Assembly (NCBI RefSeq): GCF_006345805.1
Contig: NC_043005.1
Location: 23,870,001 to 23,934,000, forward strand
Direction of reading: 5' to 3'
Source of the DNA: Octopus sinensis
Lineage: Eukaryota
Length of the DNA: 64,000 nucleotides
Every line of letters begins with the position of its first letter. The stretch's first letter is position 1. The notes beneath the pieces are model-generated. The model saw only the letters and a program-made list of their open reading frames with translations, searched no databases and was not told the origin of the DNA. Position numbers and translations under genes: made by a program. This document shows, piece by piece, positions 1 through 14,500 of the stretch.

Positions 1-191
1 AAGACCTACAGTCGCCCATGCATACCAGCCTCCCCTCTCCACGCTGTCAGTGTTGTCCAAAGGAAAGGAAAAGACCGATACAATTTCGTACCAGTGACGA
101 CGCAACTGGAGCAACGTGAAATAAAGTGTCTTACTCAAGAACACGACACACAACCTGGTCCGGGATTGATTGTGAGCCCGATGCTCTAACC
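1..191 (-). mobile_element. tRNA-derived SINE (family A), 5' part
   Basis: Reverse complement begins TGGCCTCAATGGTTAGAGCATCGGGCTCAC (A-box-like) and contains GTGTTCTTGAGTAAGACACTTTATTTCACGTTGCTCCAG. Same body as 19155-19450 and 57805-58000. Confidence 0.75.
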
Positions 192-759
192 ATTGAGGCC
201 ATTACTGTCAAACATTTAAAACACATAACAACCTTCATACAACACATACTAAACAAAAAAGGTCACCGAACAGTATACGACAACTCATTTTCCACATATT
301 CTGCACGAGACACGGAACACAACAATAAAGCCAAAAATGGTCAATTAAGTCCCATTGCAAAGCAAAAGCGATGAAATGTACCAACACAATTCTATGTTCT
401 TATAAGACAATGCTCCACACACGCCAGAAATACGGTAGTGAAAACTGTAGGGCAACAGTCTATCATATAAATCTGTTGAACACGCGGTGATGATATAACT
501 ACAATGATGCAAGGCTTCAGATTTATAGGGTGGGATATTGGCGATTTAATCGACACCAATTCTGGAGTAGCACTTATTTAATTAACTTTCCATGGAAAGT
601 TCATCACAGGAATTTGAGCGGTGCTATAAAACTTAGTTACAATATAAAGCTTTATAGCTATCAAGATAGAATTTATGACTGGTAAATGAGATAGGGTCAC
701 CTTAAAAAGTGATAGGTTAACCAAGACAGAAAACATCTGAAAGTGGTATCAGTTTGATG

Positions 760-1075
760 CAAAAGAAACTGGGAGCAGATATATGCGGATCAACAAATGC
801 AAACAAATCCAGTGTAGCAGAGAGAAAGAACTAACCCTAGAGGAATATACGCAGGAGACTAGATTGATCCTAAAAATAGAACTTAGCTTTAAAAAATAAG
901 AGGGAAGAATTTCGTATTTAGCAGTGTCGCAACGGGCTACTATACCATCAAGTTATCGGGAGTATGCAAGAGAGGAAAATGTTGACGCAAAATAAACAGA
1001 AACACTATGAAAATTGAGACAATATTGCATAGAAGCTGACAGACATCGTATTGGGCTGGACACAAAATCTGTGTT
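760..1075 (+). pseudogene. Degraded R4/Dong-like LINE RT fragment
   Basis: Translation with stops (EEYTQETRLILKIELSFKK*EGRISYLAV...NVDAK*TETL*KLRQYCIEADRHRI) aligns by eye to ECYRRVRAILKTELNARNRIEAINTLAI...QLDRKIRKLLTMHRMHHPKADTERL of the element at 43972-46127. Confidence 0.45.
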
Positions 1076-1099
1076 TAAGCAAAAATAAGACATGTTTTA

Positions 1100-1504
1100 A
1101 ACAAAAAAGCAATTTATTCAATCACTGATATAATTACTGTTTCGTTTCAGTAATTTCTGCTATCTCTTGGGCAGATACATCGTTCCCTGATCAAAGAACT
1201 TCCTGTCTCTTTTGGTGGTAGAGTCTTCCAGGCGAATTTTTACATTCTCTTCAGAGTTGAAGATTCGTGCATTCAATGAATTTTGAAGAGACCGAAACAA
1301 ATAGAAATCTGAAGGCGTGAGTTTGGGCGAATATGGAGGGCACAGCAAAACTTTCCAATCAAGCGCCAGTAACTTCTGTCGCGTCTGCAATGTGGTGTAC
1401 GGTTTGGCATTGTCGAAATGAAAGACAACGCCCTTACGATTAGGAAGTGCTACTCGACTCCAAAAAGGTAGACACTTTACTACAAAAAGTGAGACACTGT
1501 ACAC
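1100..1504 (-). mobile_element. Mariner transposase C-terminal fragment
   Basis: ORF 1160-1504 contains VVFHFDNAKP and PPYSPKLTPSDFYLFRSLQN, degenerate versions of the mariner HDNARP and YSPDLAPSD motifs. Confidence 0.85.
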
Positions 1505-1784
1505 ACCTTTAAATTATAGGAAAAATGCATTTGACGGACTTCTAATCAGTTTCTCTCGCGGAGCTGGGGCGGACTTGAATTTCTGGTAAAGGCATGTGCC
1601 TAAAATTCCAAGTAGAAAGATCGAACTCAGCACATTGTGGTTGAAAAACAAACTCTTTCACATTCAGCAATGCCTTTGTGTCTTGGTGCGTGTGGATGGA
1701 TGGATACATACATACATACATACATACATACATACATACATACATTCGTACATACATACATACATACATACATACATACATACA

Positions 1785-1965
1785 TACAGGTTTATACCTG
1801 TAATTATTGGGGCACTGGGATATGTAACGTACTGCCTAAATACCAATCTTGAGAAATTAGGCTTCTCAAAACCAGAAAGGAGAAAGCTGATTCAAGACTT
1901 CAAATCCAATCCATCATTGGAACTGTAAAAATCTGTAAATCTTTCCAGAAGTTTATCGTTTAAGT
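1785..1965 (+). mobile_element. 3' end of an RLE-type (R4/NeSL-like) LINE
   Basis: RFIPVIIGALGYV...LEKLG...KLIQ..SIIGTVKICKSFQKFIV* matches the C-terminus TIPVVIGALGMI...VQKIVLMGTAHILRKILSM* at 44188-44607. Confidence 0.6.
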
Positions 1966-2200
1966 ATATATGAGCATTTCTAGATATGCATGTATACGCA
2001 TGAGGATACATACATAAAGCAAAACATACAAATCTGCATGTATACATACCTACCTACGTACATACATACATATATATATATATATATAAACTTACAAGAA
2101 GTTTATCGTTTAAGTATATATAAACATGTGTCGACAGGCAAGTATATGCACGAGAAGACATACATAAAACAAAACATAGAAACCCGCACGTATACATAAA
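1946..2200. repeat. Diverged tandem duplication, about 150 bp period
   Basis: AGAAGTTTATCGTTTAAGTATATAT...CATACATAAA.CAAAACATA occurs at about 1946 and about 2096. Confidence 0.7.
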
Positions 2201-2355
2201 AACAAAAACACCCTGTTGATGTTGAAATTCCACTGAAGGAGCTTCGGATCCTGGTTAGAAACTGGTTCTTTGTCTATTGGAAAGGAACTGAATAATGACA
2301 TACATACCTACGTACATGCATACATACATACACATACGTACATAGTACGTACACG

Positions 2356-2396
<41 letters not shown>

Positions 2397-3079
2397 CACA
2401 CACACACACACAGATCGGAATCGTCGACATGAGAGCTATAAATTTATTTTTCATTCTGTCTTGCAGTTCCTTTCTTATAATCTTACCATGGAGATAATAA
2501 TTGTAATTCAGAGTCAACCTGAGCCCCAAATTTTTTGTCTATTTCTGTATTTCTATATTTTGCATTTTGATTGTATTTTGCCTGTCACTATGTCTATGGA
2601 TTTAGTTTTGATTGTAAATTGCTGAAAATAATGCACTGCTTCCGGTGAAATGACAGCAGGATCTAAAGAAGGACTTATGTAAAGAATCACTTGAGTAGGG
2701 GGCGTATCTTATATCTTCGATGGACGATACGGATTATACAACGTCTCACCAATATACGACGGGTGTAAGAGTACGCCAAAGCAAGTTCAGTGATTTTAAA
2801 TAATGTCCTTGAATCCACGTTCTATTATTTATCTATCAATACCCCCCCACACATTTGTGTGTTGCTCGAAATGAGGAGTAGATGGACAGCCGACAAATGA
2901 TGAAGGGTCATTCTTTATGTTACCTTTCTTGTTTTCCATTTGTTTCTCTCGTTGACCGCATATCCAAGGTTGTCTTCGTATTTCATGTTGTTTTCGTAAT
3001 TCCTGTTCTTTACGTTTTGTGACGTCCTGTATCCATATATGCACATATAAACATACGTATATATGTATGTATGTTTATA

Positions 3080-3120
<41 letters not shown>

Positions 3121-3223
3121 TTAATTAAAATCTTAGTGTAGCAAGAATATTCATCGAAAAATTCTTAGTTATCAGTGGTCTAGCGAGAAAGAAAAAATTA
3201 GTCAATAGACTATATATTATTCA

Positions 3224-3615
3224 AAGAAGAATACAGTGTACGTTCAAACACAAAGGAGATACACGAAGAATAGAATATCTGACTCGCTAGAAAGAGCAGT
3301 TAAAACTCCAAGCCACCAATTGTTGTAATTCCGAAAGTGATTGGAAAATAAAAACTTTTACCTTAATCCTAGACCCTGCAAGGTTTCTGCAGACTTAAAT
3401 ACAGACTGAAATTATTTTATTTCAGTCTACATCTGGCGCGGCTTCTTCAGCAGGTTGCCACGACTGAACACATAGGAACAGAGCGATAAATAACCCGCCA
3501 CGTGTCTAAAGGTTCTAGTTTTTATTTTCCTTCTAGTTTTAACTACTCCTTCTAGCGAGTCAGATATCCTATCCTTCGGGTATCTCTTTTGTGTTTGAAC
3601 GTACACTGTATTCTT

Positions 3616-3618
<3 letters not shown>
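3224..3618. mobile_element. MITE, about 395 bp, with about 84-bp terminal inverted repeats
   Basis: AAGAAGAATACAGTGTACGTTCAAACACAAA...TCTGACTCGCTAGAA..AG.AGTTAAAACT at 3224-3307 is the reverse complement (about 90% identity) of 3534-3618. The right end abuts (TA)n. Confidence 0.85.
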
Positions 3619-4130
<512 letters not shown>

Positions 4131-4131
4131 A

Positions 4132-5450
4132 ATAGCAGAGATACCAGGCGTTGTCTGTGTTACATTCAATTGAAGAATTAGACTTTTCTGTTATATTTTC
4201 TGTAATGAACTGGAATATCTACGTTTCGAATTTCATCAAAATTGCAGATGGGGGTTATTTCCCTGTTTACACACCCCCAAAAAATTGTGATCGTGCCACA
4301 TGTATCCCATACTACTAATTTTTATGCGTATATTCCAAAATTCCAGTCTTATTGAACCTGTTAAAGGGATTTTGCCCCTGAAAAATGAAGGTCATGGAGC
4401 TTTAAAATGTGAGAGTGAAGGCCCCTGTTGGGGGTGGGTGTTTTAATGCAAAGCAGAGAAGTTGAATTGTTGAGAATCTTTTTAACTTGGGTCTTATATC
4501 TATTGTTTGAATTTCTTTGAAATAGGAAATATATGTTCACTGGTTTGTAAAACTGAGAAAAGCTACAGGAAACCAAAAAACGAATGATCACAGTAAGCAG
4601 TCAGCTACCCTACCCTAGTCGTTACCACACCCAATGTAGGATTCCTCACCATCAAGGTGACAGGCACAGCCGTAAGATGCATTACGAATCTATAGCAATT
4701 GGAAGGGCGTGACCCAACTGAAATACGGATTAACAACTGTGTGACGTGAGGGCTAAGGAGAAATGAGAGTTGGAGTTTGCAAATGACCACTATACTGATA
4801 CGTAACTGGACAGAATAAATTTATAATCTATAAATGTCTTTGAATAACCGGTCACTCCTGTGGGAAGGCCTTGAAATCAATGTTACCATCTGGGGACTAT
4901 GTGTGACCCAGTAATAATAAAAAGACTGAAAGGAGGTCTGCAATCAAATAACTTTACTCAACTGCAACTGAATCAGTGGAGGCAAAGATGCCTCTCATTT
5001 GGTTGATAGTTTATGCACCACATTACAGAAATCACAATGTAAGTGTATGTCAAAGCAAACTCTGACACTGTTGTACCATTGAATTACAAAAATGGTCATC
5101 TTTTATGATCGGGTAACGCTACAGCATCCATGATTACAACTGTATTCGTCTTTGTTAGATAAAATGACAAATTTGTAGGTGATAAGTCCCCATGGAGGGG
5201 GTCTTTCTAACATGTAAGAAGATGAAATTTTATAAATATTACTTCATTTGTGTCTAATATCTATGGTTAAAATTTCATCAACTGCAAAAATATATGAATT
5301 ATCATGGGGGTTATGGCCCTTATGCATAGAATATAATTTCCAAATTTCATAAAGATTCATTCAGTACTTTTGACCTAGTTTTGGATCATGAAAGAAAGGA
5401 CTAAAATTTGGGAGTTAAGGCCCCCATTAGGCTGTTTTATATATATATAT
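4132..5450 (-). mobile_element. Non-autonomous Helitron (family H1)
   Basis: 4132-5170 is homologous to 25113-25903. That copy starts, on the plus strand, with the reverse complement of a canonical Helitron 3' end (hairpin CCGGGCAACGCCGG, spacer, CTAG|T). No coding capacity. Confidence 0.65.
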
Positions 5451-5544
5451 ATATATATACAGACATACAAAGATAAATTGATAGATACAACTGAGTGGGC
5501 AAACAAAAGTATGAGACACAGCCTAGTGCTTTTTTATGTTGATG

Positions 5545-5671
5545 AGCCTGGTACCTATTCTATTAGTTTGTTCTTGTGAAACCAGTAAGTTAAGGGGATG
5601 TAAATAAATGAACAGCGGTTGTGAAGCAGTGATGAGGGCGAAACACAGAGACAAAGACACACACATACACT

Positions 5672-5720
<49 letters not shown>

Positions 5721-5760
5721 GATTGATTTGCTTCAGTTCCTGTCTACGAAATCCATAAGT
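5545..5760 (-). mobile_element. Degenerate SINE family B copy
   Basis: GGTACCTATTCTAT...AAGTTAAGGGGATGTAAA...(TA)n...CTTCAGTTCCTGTCTACGAAATCCA parallels the copy at 35461-35846. Confidence 0.55.
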
Positions 5761-6077
5761 ATATATATATATATATAAAATAAAAGAGAGTGAAAAGACT
5801 ACAGAAGGCTTGTGTTATAAGGTTAAAGAATATATTTAAGTCGTTATGTTAGGAAAATTTTATAAAATTTTGTGTATAGTAACATAGTTTTTGGAGAAAT
5901 AACCGGTTTTGCATTTTCTTTTCAAATTTCTCAAATTTCTTTACTTTCATCGTGTCATGTCTTCGCTATGAAGTGAAAAGTTCCAGGCAGGGGAAGGTAA
6001 TCAGGGATTTATTTCCGTATAAGGGAGATACTCGCTTTATATTTTTTCAATGAGATGAGTTTCCTTGTATAAAAATG

Positions 6078-6760
6078 TTAGAAATGGTTAAGTTTTGGTT
6101 TATATTTTTCAATGAAGAATGTTTCCTTGTTTAATCTAATTTGTGTTGGTATTCCAATAGCACATTGATAGAATGGAAAGATTAGAAATTGTGGTAGTAG
6201 TTGCTTTGCGCACTTCTCAATATGTTCACTAAAGGGTATCATTCTGTATTCTGGGAATGCAATCTGTTGTCGATGCAGAGTGCATCTGCGTCTGAGCGAT
6301 AATCCCGTGGTCCCTATGTAGTTTTGGTGGCAGCCCGAGCATCTTATAACATAAATTAGGTTTTCTGAAGCACAAGTAAAATTAAATTTGATCTTGAATT
6401 TTTGTCCCTCTTTGAAGGGAAATTCTGATCCTTCTAGAAGGTTTGGGCATGTTGCGCAGTTTGGTCTACCACATTTTTTAAACTTTTGCATCCGTTATTT
6501 TGCCTTTGTGAGGATCTTTTTTAGTGATTTAGGTTGTTTGTAGCTTTTAATGATTTTATGTATGTTTAAAATTTCCTTTAATTTGGGGTACTTATGAAGC
6601 ATTGGTAAATTCTGGGTGATGATAGTGAAGGCTTCTTTAGTTTCTGGGGTTGTATGTGGATATGTAAGGCAGTATTTTCGGGGAAAGTGTGTTGCTGTGT
6701 TGAACTTTTCTTAAAGTTTCTATGTCGATTTCTGTTGCAAGTCTGATTCCAAAAATAAAA
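6078..6760 (-). mobile_element. Penelope-like element 3' region: linker plus GIY-YIG endonuclease
   Basis: ORF 6078-6491 contains CGRPNCATC and NLIYVIRCSGCHQNYIGTTG.SLRRR..LH. The upstream frame gives LPYISTYNP...KQPKSLKKILTKAK, typical of the Penelope RT-EN linker. Confidence 0.9.
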
Positions 6761-6769
6761 ATAGCAACT

Positions 6770-7965
6770 GGTATAAAATTGCGTCAATGACTTGAACTTG
6801 AATAAGTGGTTTCACATGAATGGGAATAAATTAAAAATAAAATTAGCGTGCAGAAATGGAATAGTCCAGATGGAGCTGTGCACCTACCGTTTACCACGGC
6901 TTTTACATTAGATCATCTGCTAATTAGCTAGCATTAAGTATCTATGTGAAGCTTGGCTGTATGTAATGTCTGTTTTCTCGAACAGCCTCTTCTACTGAGT
7001 ACTGCTGTTGGTTTATTTCTTATACATAAAGGACTATAGCTTCAATTGCGTACTGCATTTTGATTCACCGTAAGGTTTGTTGTTATTATTATTACCGTTT
7101 AACTATTGTTATCACGTTTGGTGGTTCCTCGTAAGGGAAACGTTGTTGTGTTGTATTTGTTAAATATTTGTAAACTGTAACCCTCCCCCTTTGGGAGAAG
7201 CAGATTTGGTTATTGTTTAAAAATTGAATTGTGTCTCATTTGGCGAAATTGACAATATTTTCACCGTTTATACGGAAGCATTTTTGTTAGAATGACTTCG
7301 ATAGAAGAAAGTCCAAAAATGAATTTCGCTGCAGCCGTCGGCGGGCGCGAACTCATTAAAATTAAAATGGGAGAAATACAAACCTATTTCGGATTGATCA
7401 CCGACAAAGACGGTGAATCTAGGATAACACCACCAAACGAAATAAAAATTTTAATTAAAGAAAAGATTATTGTCTATAAAGTATATGTAGAGAAAAAAAG
7501 ATTTGAACACCTGGAGGAAAGCACCATCGAAAAGTGTCTTGGTGCGACTATGAAAGATATCTAACCAGAGGCGGTAAATTCGCCACAATAGAAGCAAGGT
7601 TCGAGTCAACGGAGCGTGCAAGGGAGTACTCCACTCGAACCTTGCAAAGTGGAAATATTTTATTTTTACCTTTATATCTGGGACGTAGGACGTCCCGGAT
7701 AAAAATTTAAAATGTCCCCTCAGAAGTAGATGTAGGCTGGACTGTAGCCACACTTCTATACAAGAGGGAGGACAAGATACAATTGATCGAAATTGCAAGA
7801 GACGGGCCTACAATTCCAGTCTGTTATATATTTTGAGTATTGTTATCACTAGCGATATCAAGATATAACTTTGTATTTTGTATTTTATGTGTAGATGTAT
7901 ATATATAGAGATGTACATGTAATATGTACACATATGTATACACATATATACATGCACTAGCACTA
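6770..7965 (+). mobile_element. Helitron-like repeat family H2, copy 1
   Basis: Reverse complement matches 31890-32715 and 29455-29937. The terminal palindrome is cut at about 7965 by a SINE B fragment. Confidence 0.6.
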
Positions 7966-8127
7966 AGTTACGGGGACAAAACACACCAGCATCGGTTGGC
8001 AAGCGATGGAGGGGGGGGATATACACAGACGCACAAATACACACATACACACATATTTATAAGCCCCTCGTATATATATATATACGACGGGCTTCTTTCT
8101 GTTTCCGTCTACCAAATCCACTCAGAA
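7965..8127 (-). mobile_element. SINE family B, internal fragment
   Basis: CTAAGTTACGGGGAC..ACACACCAGCATCGGTTG.CAAGCGATG...ACGACGGGCTTCTTTC.GTTTCCGTCTACCAAATCCACTCA. Confidence 0.75.
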
Positions 8128-8187
8128 GGACGTATATATATATATATATATATATATGTGGTGTGTGTTGTGTGTGGTGTGTGTGTG

Positions 8188-8222
<35 letters not shown>

Positions 8223-8707
8223 TGTGTGTGTGTGTATGCATGTATTTATATAGATAGATGGAGAGAGAAAGAGAGAGAGAGAGTGAATGAGTGATCGGAA
8301 TCGTTGACATGAGAGGTATATTTTCTCACAGAAGTGATGAATAAAATAAGAGAATCTCAGAACAGTAAACTAAATTATGCGGTAGATACTTTCATAGATG
8401 GAACAGAATAAAATTTCACAAAAGCAGAGTGAATTAAACTAAACTAAATTAAGTCAAATTAAATTGAATTAACGATTAACTGGTTGCTGAATCAATTATT
8501 GAACATTAGCGTCTTATCTGGCAACATGGCAGAGGTAATCTACTATTGTCTGATTCTGTTATACTATTTAATGTGTCTTTCTATTATGCATTTTTCAGTT
8601 CATTTACTTGACAATATTACAATTCCCCTACGTTATTTTATCCATCAGTGCTTCCATTACTTTCATTAGCTATCTCTGTACATCGTATTTCTCTACCGAT
8701 CTCACTT

Positions 8708-8870
<163 letters not shown>

Positions 8871-10614
8871 TGACTGTCTAAATATACCAGGCATTAAATT
8901 ACAACATTTCCTGTTACAGACTCGGAGACCATTGTTTCTTACTAAATCAGTGATGCTGAATAGAGGATGTGATTAGAAATTTTTTTTTTTAGATGTTCTC
9001 ATCTTGTGTGATAGAGAGCCTCTTTCTGTTTTCCCGATCACGTTGTGTTGCATAAGCATTCGATGTTACTTTTCTTTGCCGTACTTTACACATTTCTTCT
9101 GGTTTAGAGATATACCTGTGTTTCCAATTGTTATCAAGACTCTATCAACATGCAATGCGTGTATTTTAATAATCCATGTATTTTAATAATGCTTGTATTT
9201 TAATAATCTGTCGGAACTCCTTCAATTTTTTTCTGAAGACACAAATAGGATTGTTTAGGCGAATTTGTCATTGAATCTCACTAAAATCGGGAAAATTTTC
9301 AACTAATAGTTCAATTCTCTTAATCGTTTTAGTTTCCTATGTTTGAGTGCATGTGTGGTATGTACCTGAATGCATGCGTGTACGTGTTAATGTGTATATA
9401 TATATATATGCATTGACGTATGTTTGAGTATGTGGGCGTAAAAGTGTGTGTATTTATATATGGGTGTGTATTTATGTGTATACGTGTGAGATTGTTCAAG
9501 GAAATTAGTGAGCAGAGAGAATTTTAAAAAAATTAACAAGTGCTAAAACAGATACGAGAAGAATGTTCTAGAAAGAGAAATCTGGTGAAAATATAATGAA
9601 AAAGTCTTGCTGGAATTTGCATTCTGTTTTCTGAGAGCTCAAGAAATAACAGAAATGACCTTTGTGAAAGCAAAAGACATTGTAGTAAGATTTAAATTGA
9701 TGGAATGAGCGATAGACAAATGTAACAGTTTAGATTCTGAATTTGCAGCAAATGTTTAAAAAGAGAAAGAAAAGAAGTCTAGAACCTGATTTTTGTACAA
9801 CGCAAAAGTATTATTGATGAATATATAAATATTTATTTTGTTCTTAAATATATAAAAAAAATATCCATCGAATTGAATGTCACATCTGCTATTTCAATTG
9901 AGTGACTACTTTGATTTCGTTCTTACTAGCTTTCATTATTTTGCTATTCAATCGGCACAACACTATAAAGGTGAAGCGAGTGGCTCAGTGTTAAGGTTAT
10001 TGGATTCGCGATCATAAGAGGCTGCAGCTCTCTACAGAATATTAGCCCGAAACGCTACAAATGTAAAATGACGACGTGCTTTGAATACTGCAGTACACTA
10101 GGTGACTCAACACAAATCTACACAGACGCACACACATATATACATACATCTTACATATAATCATATACAATTACATACATACATGCATGCATACATACAT
10201 ATTATATATACTTACATAAGTATATTTATATACACATACACACACATAGATACACACATACATACATACATGCATACATACATACATACATACATACATA
10301 CATACATACATACATACATAAATACATAGATACATAGATACATATGGATAAATAGATATAGAGAGAATGATATAAATGGTGTTTGTATGTAAAATATATG
10401 TATAATATAATATAATATATATATATATATATATATAATAATATGAATATATATTAATATATATATATAATATAATATATATACATATATTTTACATACA
10501 ACACCCATTTATATCATTTTTGGTGTGATGATTCTGTTTTACACCAGAAACGCCCATTATATTTACAACCCTCTCTCCTTCCAACTATCTATCTATCTAT
10601 CTATCTATCTATCT

Positions 10615-11543
10615 GAGGACATAAATAAAGTCCCCACCCACGTACATCTTGAGGATGGCCGCAAGTTTAAGTAGTAGTCGAGGGCAGAAGGCCACGATGC
10701 TATACATGTGGCAGTGAGCACACCTCAAAAAGGAGTGCAAATCTGCCGCAAAATTACAACAACAACAACAGCCACAGGAAAATCACAAAAGCCAGGATTA
10801 TTGCCCACACCACAATATGGACAGCTAGTCAAGAAGCTGATGCGGAAATGCAGAGAAAAACAACAAAGAACAAGCCAACCCAACCAAACAACACCAACAC
10901 AGCGCCAAGAACAGAATCATCACCACCAACAACAAATAACCAATTCCAACACCAAGAATAACACGAAGAAGACAAGCACCAAGGATGTAGGAGAGACAAT
11001 AACCACAACAAACCCCCCAGCAACACCCTCCCCGCGCACCACAACAATATCTACAACCGCACAAACCACACCCAGACGCTTTACCCTTGCCCCCTGCTGA
11101 TTCGTCAGACTTTCCTCTAACGAGATAAAGTTCGACAGAATGGCAAATAGCCACAGGGGTAAAAGAAAAAGATCAAGAAAACCAAACAAGAAATCGCACC
11201 AAAGCAGGGAGATACCTGAACCCTGAAAACTCCATACACAACAAACAAGCACCAACACCACAAAAACAATGCTATCAGCGATAGAACAAAAGACTCCAAA
11301 CTAATGGAGTACATCACAGGATACACAAACATTTGTGAAGATGACTTTAAAATAGCAATCATCCACGCACTACACCACCCAACACATCAAAATACTACAA
11401 TCACACAAACACAACACCACAAACTCAAAGCCCTCTTCCCAAATGCTGTAGGGGGTTTCCAGAAATATCTGTCCCAAAAACTAATAGAAACCTCCTCGAA
11501 GACACATCAAGAACGAGGAAGCCAAAACTTTCGACACAAGTAA
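10615..11543 (+). pseudogene. Tx1-type ORF1 remnant (zinc knuckle, T/Q/P-rich linker, C-terminal domain)
   Basis: With frameshifts reads EDINKVPTHVHLEDGRKFKVVVEGRRPRCYTCGSE.HLKKEC, homologous to EDIERIPFQIEVENGRTIGVIVEGRRPNCYICGARGHIRAEC at about 26500-26635. Confidence 0.75.
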
Positions 11544-11596
11544 GTAACTCTCTGTACTTTCATTTGTGTGTTTTAAAAGCACACACCAATAGAATC

Positions 11597-14500
11597 ATGG
11601 TCAAGATTGTTGTGTGAATGCGTGTGGCTTGGGGTCTCCTTGGAAACAAGGATATCTCCTAAATGACATCAAGTCACATGATTTGGGAATCATAGCCATA
11701 AGTGAGACCAGACTCCACGAGCCACGGGCCCTAAAGTCCATGTTTGGCGGACAGTTTAACATTTATTTCGCTCCCTGTCTGCCGAGGATGGGCGGTAGTG
11801 GCACCGCGGTACTTTTCACAAGAGCCCGGATCTCGAAGTCAAGACGATATTCGTAGACCCGGAGGGTAGACTGATCGTTCTGGATGTTGACGGCAGCAAT
11901 GGGTGCGCTTTTCGACTCGTATCAGTCTACGCACCGCCCTTAACAGGTCGGGCGGATTTCTTTCGACGTCTAGAAGTATTCTTGGGAGGGAACGTCGTCC
12001 TTTACTCTTAGTGGGGGATTGGAATGCTACCTTGGACACGCATGTAGACTACGTGGGTAGAGACAGAAACAGAAGGGGATGCAAATGCCTCAGAGACCTG
12101 CTCAGACGATTCCAACTGTCTGACAGGTACCGACTCGACCACCCAAATGCACCAACGTGGACATGGAGCAACCGCAGTGGGTCGTCGAGATCGTATCTAG
12201 ATAGGATACTGTGTAGGACAGTAGACAAGGATAACTTAGGATGTCCACAATTCCACACAGTCAGCTACAGGATCACAAATGGTGACGTGTACGCTAGACT
12301 TAGATAAGGCACATAGACAGGGTCCTGGGTACTGGAAACTGAACGCATCATTCCCGTCCAGACAAGTTTTCAGAGACCGGATTAGCACACTAGTAAAGAG
12401 GGCTTTGACGGGAGCCATCATCAACAACAAATGGTGGTTTGCCCTCAAGAGAGCAGAAAGCAGCAGAAGCGATTAGGTACAGCAAAGCACTAGCCATAGA
12501 TAGAAATAGAGTAGAGGGTGAGCTAGTTAAGAAGCTAGAAAAGGCAATTAGAAGCGGCATCGCATCCGACGTTTTGGCGGCGAGGTTGGCCCTCGACCAA
12601 CACTTCAACGCCAAACACGAAGGATGTGCTGTCAGAGCTAGGATGCGTGCTCTAAGGAACGAAGGTGTTGGAGCCGCGAGAGAGGCCGGGTGGCAGAGGC
12701 GCAACAGGGCAACAAAGCCACCATTCGGTCACTGGTAGATGAACAGGGGCGCGAATTGCTCGAGCCAAGTAAAATGTGTGAGGCCTTTCAGCAGCATTTT
12801 GCCCGACTGTTCGGGACGAGTGGAGGGCAAGAACGTAGGGTAGACTTCAGTGCCTACCTACATAGCCTGCCACGACTCTCGACAAGAAAGGCAGGGTGCT
12901 GCGAAGGTGCCATCACGGCGGCGGAAGTGCGGGAAGCGATGGCAGAATGCTCGAGGGACAAATCACCGGGTTTGGATGGTCTACCCTACGAATTTTACTA
13001 TTGTATGCCAGACTTGTTTGGAGACGTCTTGGCAGCGGTATACTGCAACTGGCAGCAAAACGGGAGCATACCCGGTTTTGTGAGTCGAGGAGCTGTAACT
13101 CTGCTGAAGAAAGATCCAAACAAGGGAAACATTATAGATAACTTTAGGCCAATCACTCTGCTCAATGCAGACCTGAAAATTTTGACAAAGGTGTTAGCCA
13201 AGAGGTTGGCGCTTGTCATGGAGAAACTGGTCGACAACGCACAAACGTGCGCCGTGCCGGGCCGGAGCATCCATGACAACCTCCATCTGATGCGCTACAT
13301 CATAGACAGGGTAGTTAACGAACCTGGCATGGGTGGAGCCCTGATCAACTTGGATCAACCGAAAGCCTTTGATAGGGTAGACCATCGATACTTGGAGGCA
13401 GTCCTGAGAGCGGCTGGTTTCGGTCCCGTCTTCCGCGGCTGGATAGCTGCCTTGTACAGAGGCATCCGTTCGGTAATTCGCGTAAATGGACATCTATCGA
13501 GACCCTTCGACATTGCACGTTCGGTCCGTCAGGGATGCCGCCTCTCGGCGCTTCTATACGTATTGACTCTTGAGCCACTACTGCGGAAGCTGGCGACTCT
13601 GAGGGGCATCCCGCGAGAATTAGGATGCGGGACGAGCGTGTCTGCATACGCGGACGACGTCACCGTCATAGTGTCAAGCCACGAGCACATCGAGCGGGTC
13701 GGCGAGACACTGAAAGACTACGAAGCGGTGACAGGAGCAAAAATCAACGGGAAAAGTCAGTGGGCTTGCGGCTCGGCACCTGGAGAAGCAAACCCATGCC
13801 GTCCACCAGTACCTCCGTCGTGGGACGCTGGACAGACGGCCCGGTTGAGTTGCTCGGGGTCTGGTTCGGTCCGGACCTCCAAATGGAGAAGAACTGGAAC
13901 GAGATAACGAGTAGGGTGGTCACTCTCGCCCAGCAATGGGCCGAGAGGAAACTGTCCTAAAAGGTCGGGCGGAGGTGGTGAACGCGTACATCGCGTCCAT
14001 CATCTACTACCGCCTGACCGTCGTACCTTGTCCCGACTCTACCATCACCAAACTAGAACGCATCCTCTTCCGCTTCTTGTGGAAAGGATGCGTCCCGATG
14101 GTCAGGCGATCCATTTGCTGTCAACACCCGTTAAAAGGAGGGCTGGGCATGCCGTGGTTGATGATGCGCAGACACGCGCAGAGACTGCGACATCTCCGGC
14201 TCTATGTAGACGACGGTGAACAGGTGTGGTCGCCGTTTGTGAGGCACGCATTCCCGCAACTCGTCTCCATGACCGAACTACAGTCGTGGATCAAAAAGAG
14301 ACCGAAGAAGGGCGAATGGCACCGCGAGTGTCGCGTTGCTCTGAAGCAACTCTGCCGTCCCGGGTCGACCTTGAGTGACTTCAACACAACCAAAGCATTC
14401 TATAGGGGGATTAGTGGAGGGGAGGTACGACGACGAGCTCGGGGCAAACCTGGGCGTCGACGAGGAATACCTGACCCGCCTGTTTCAAACGACTTTCGGC

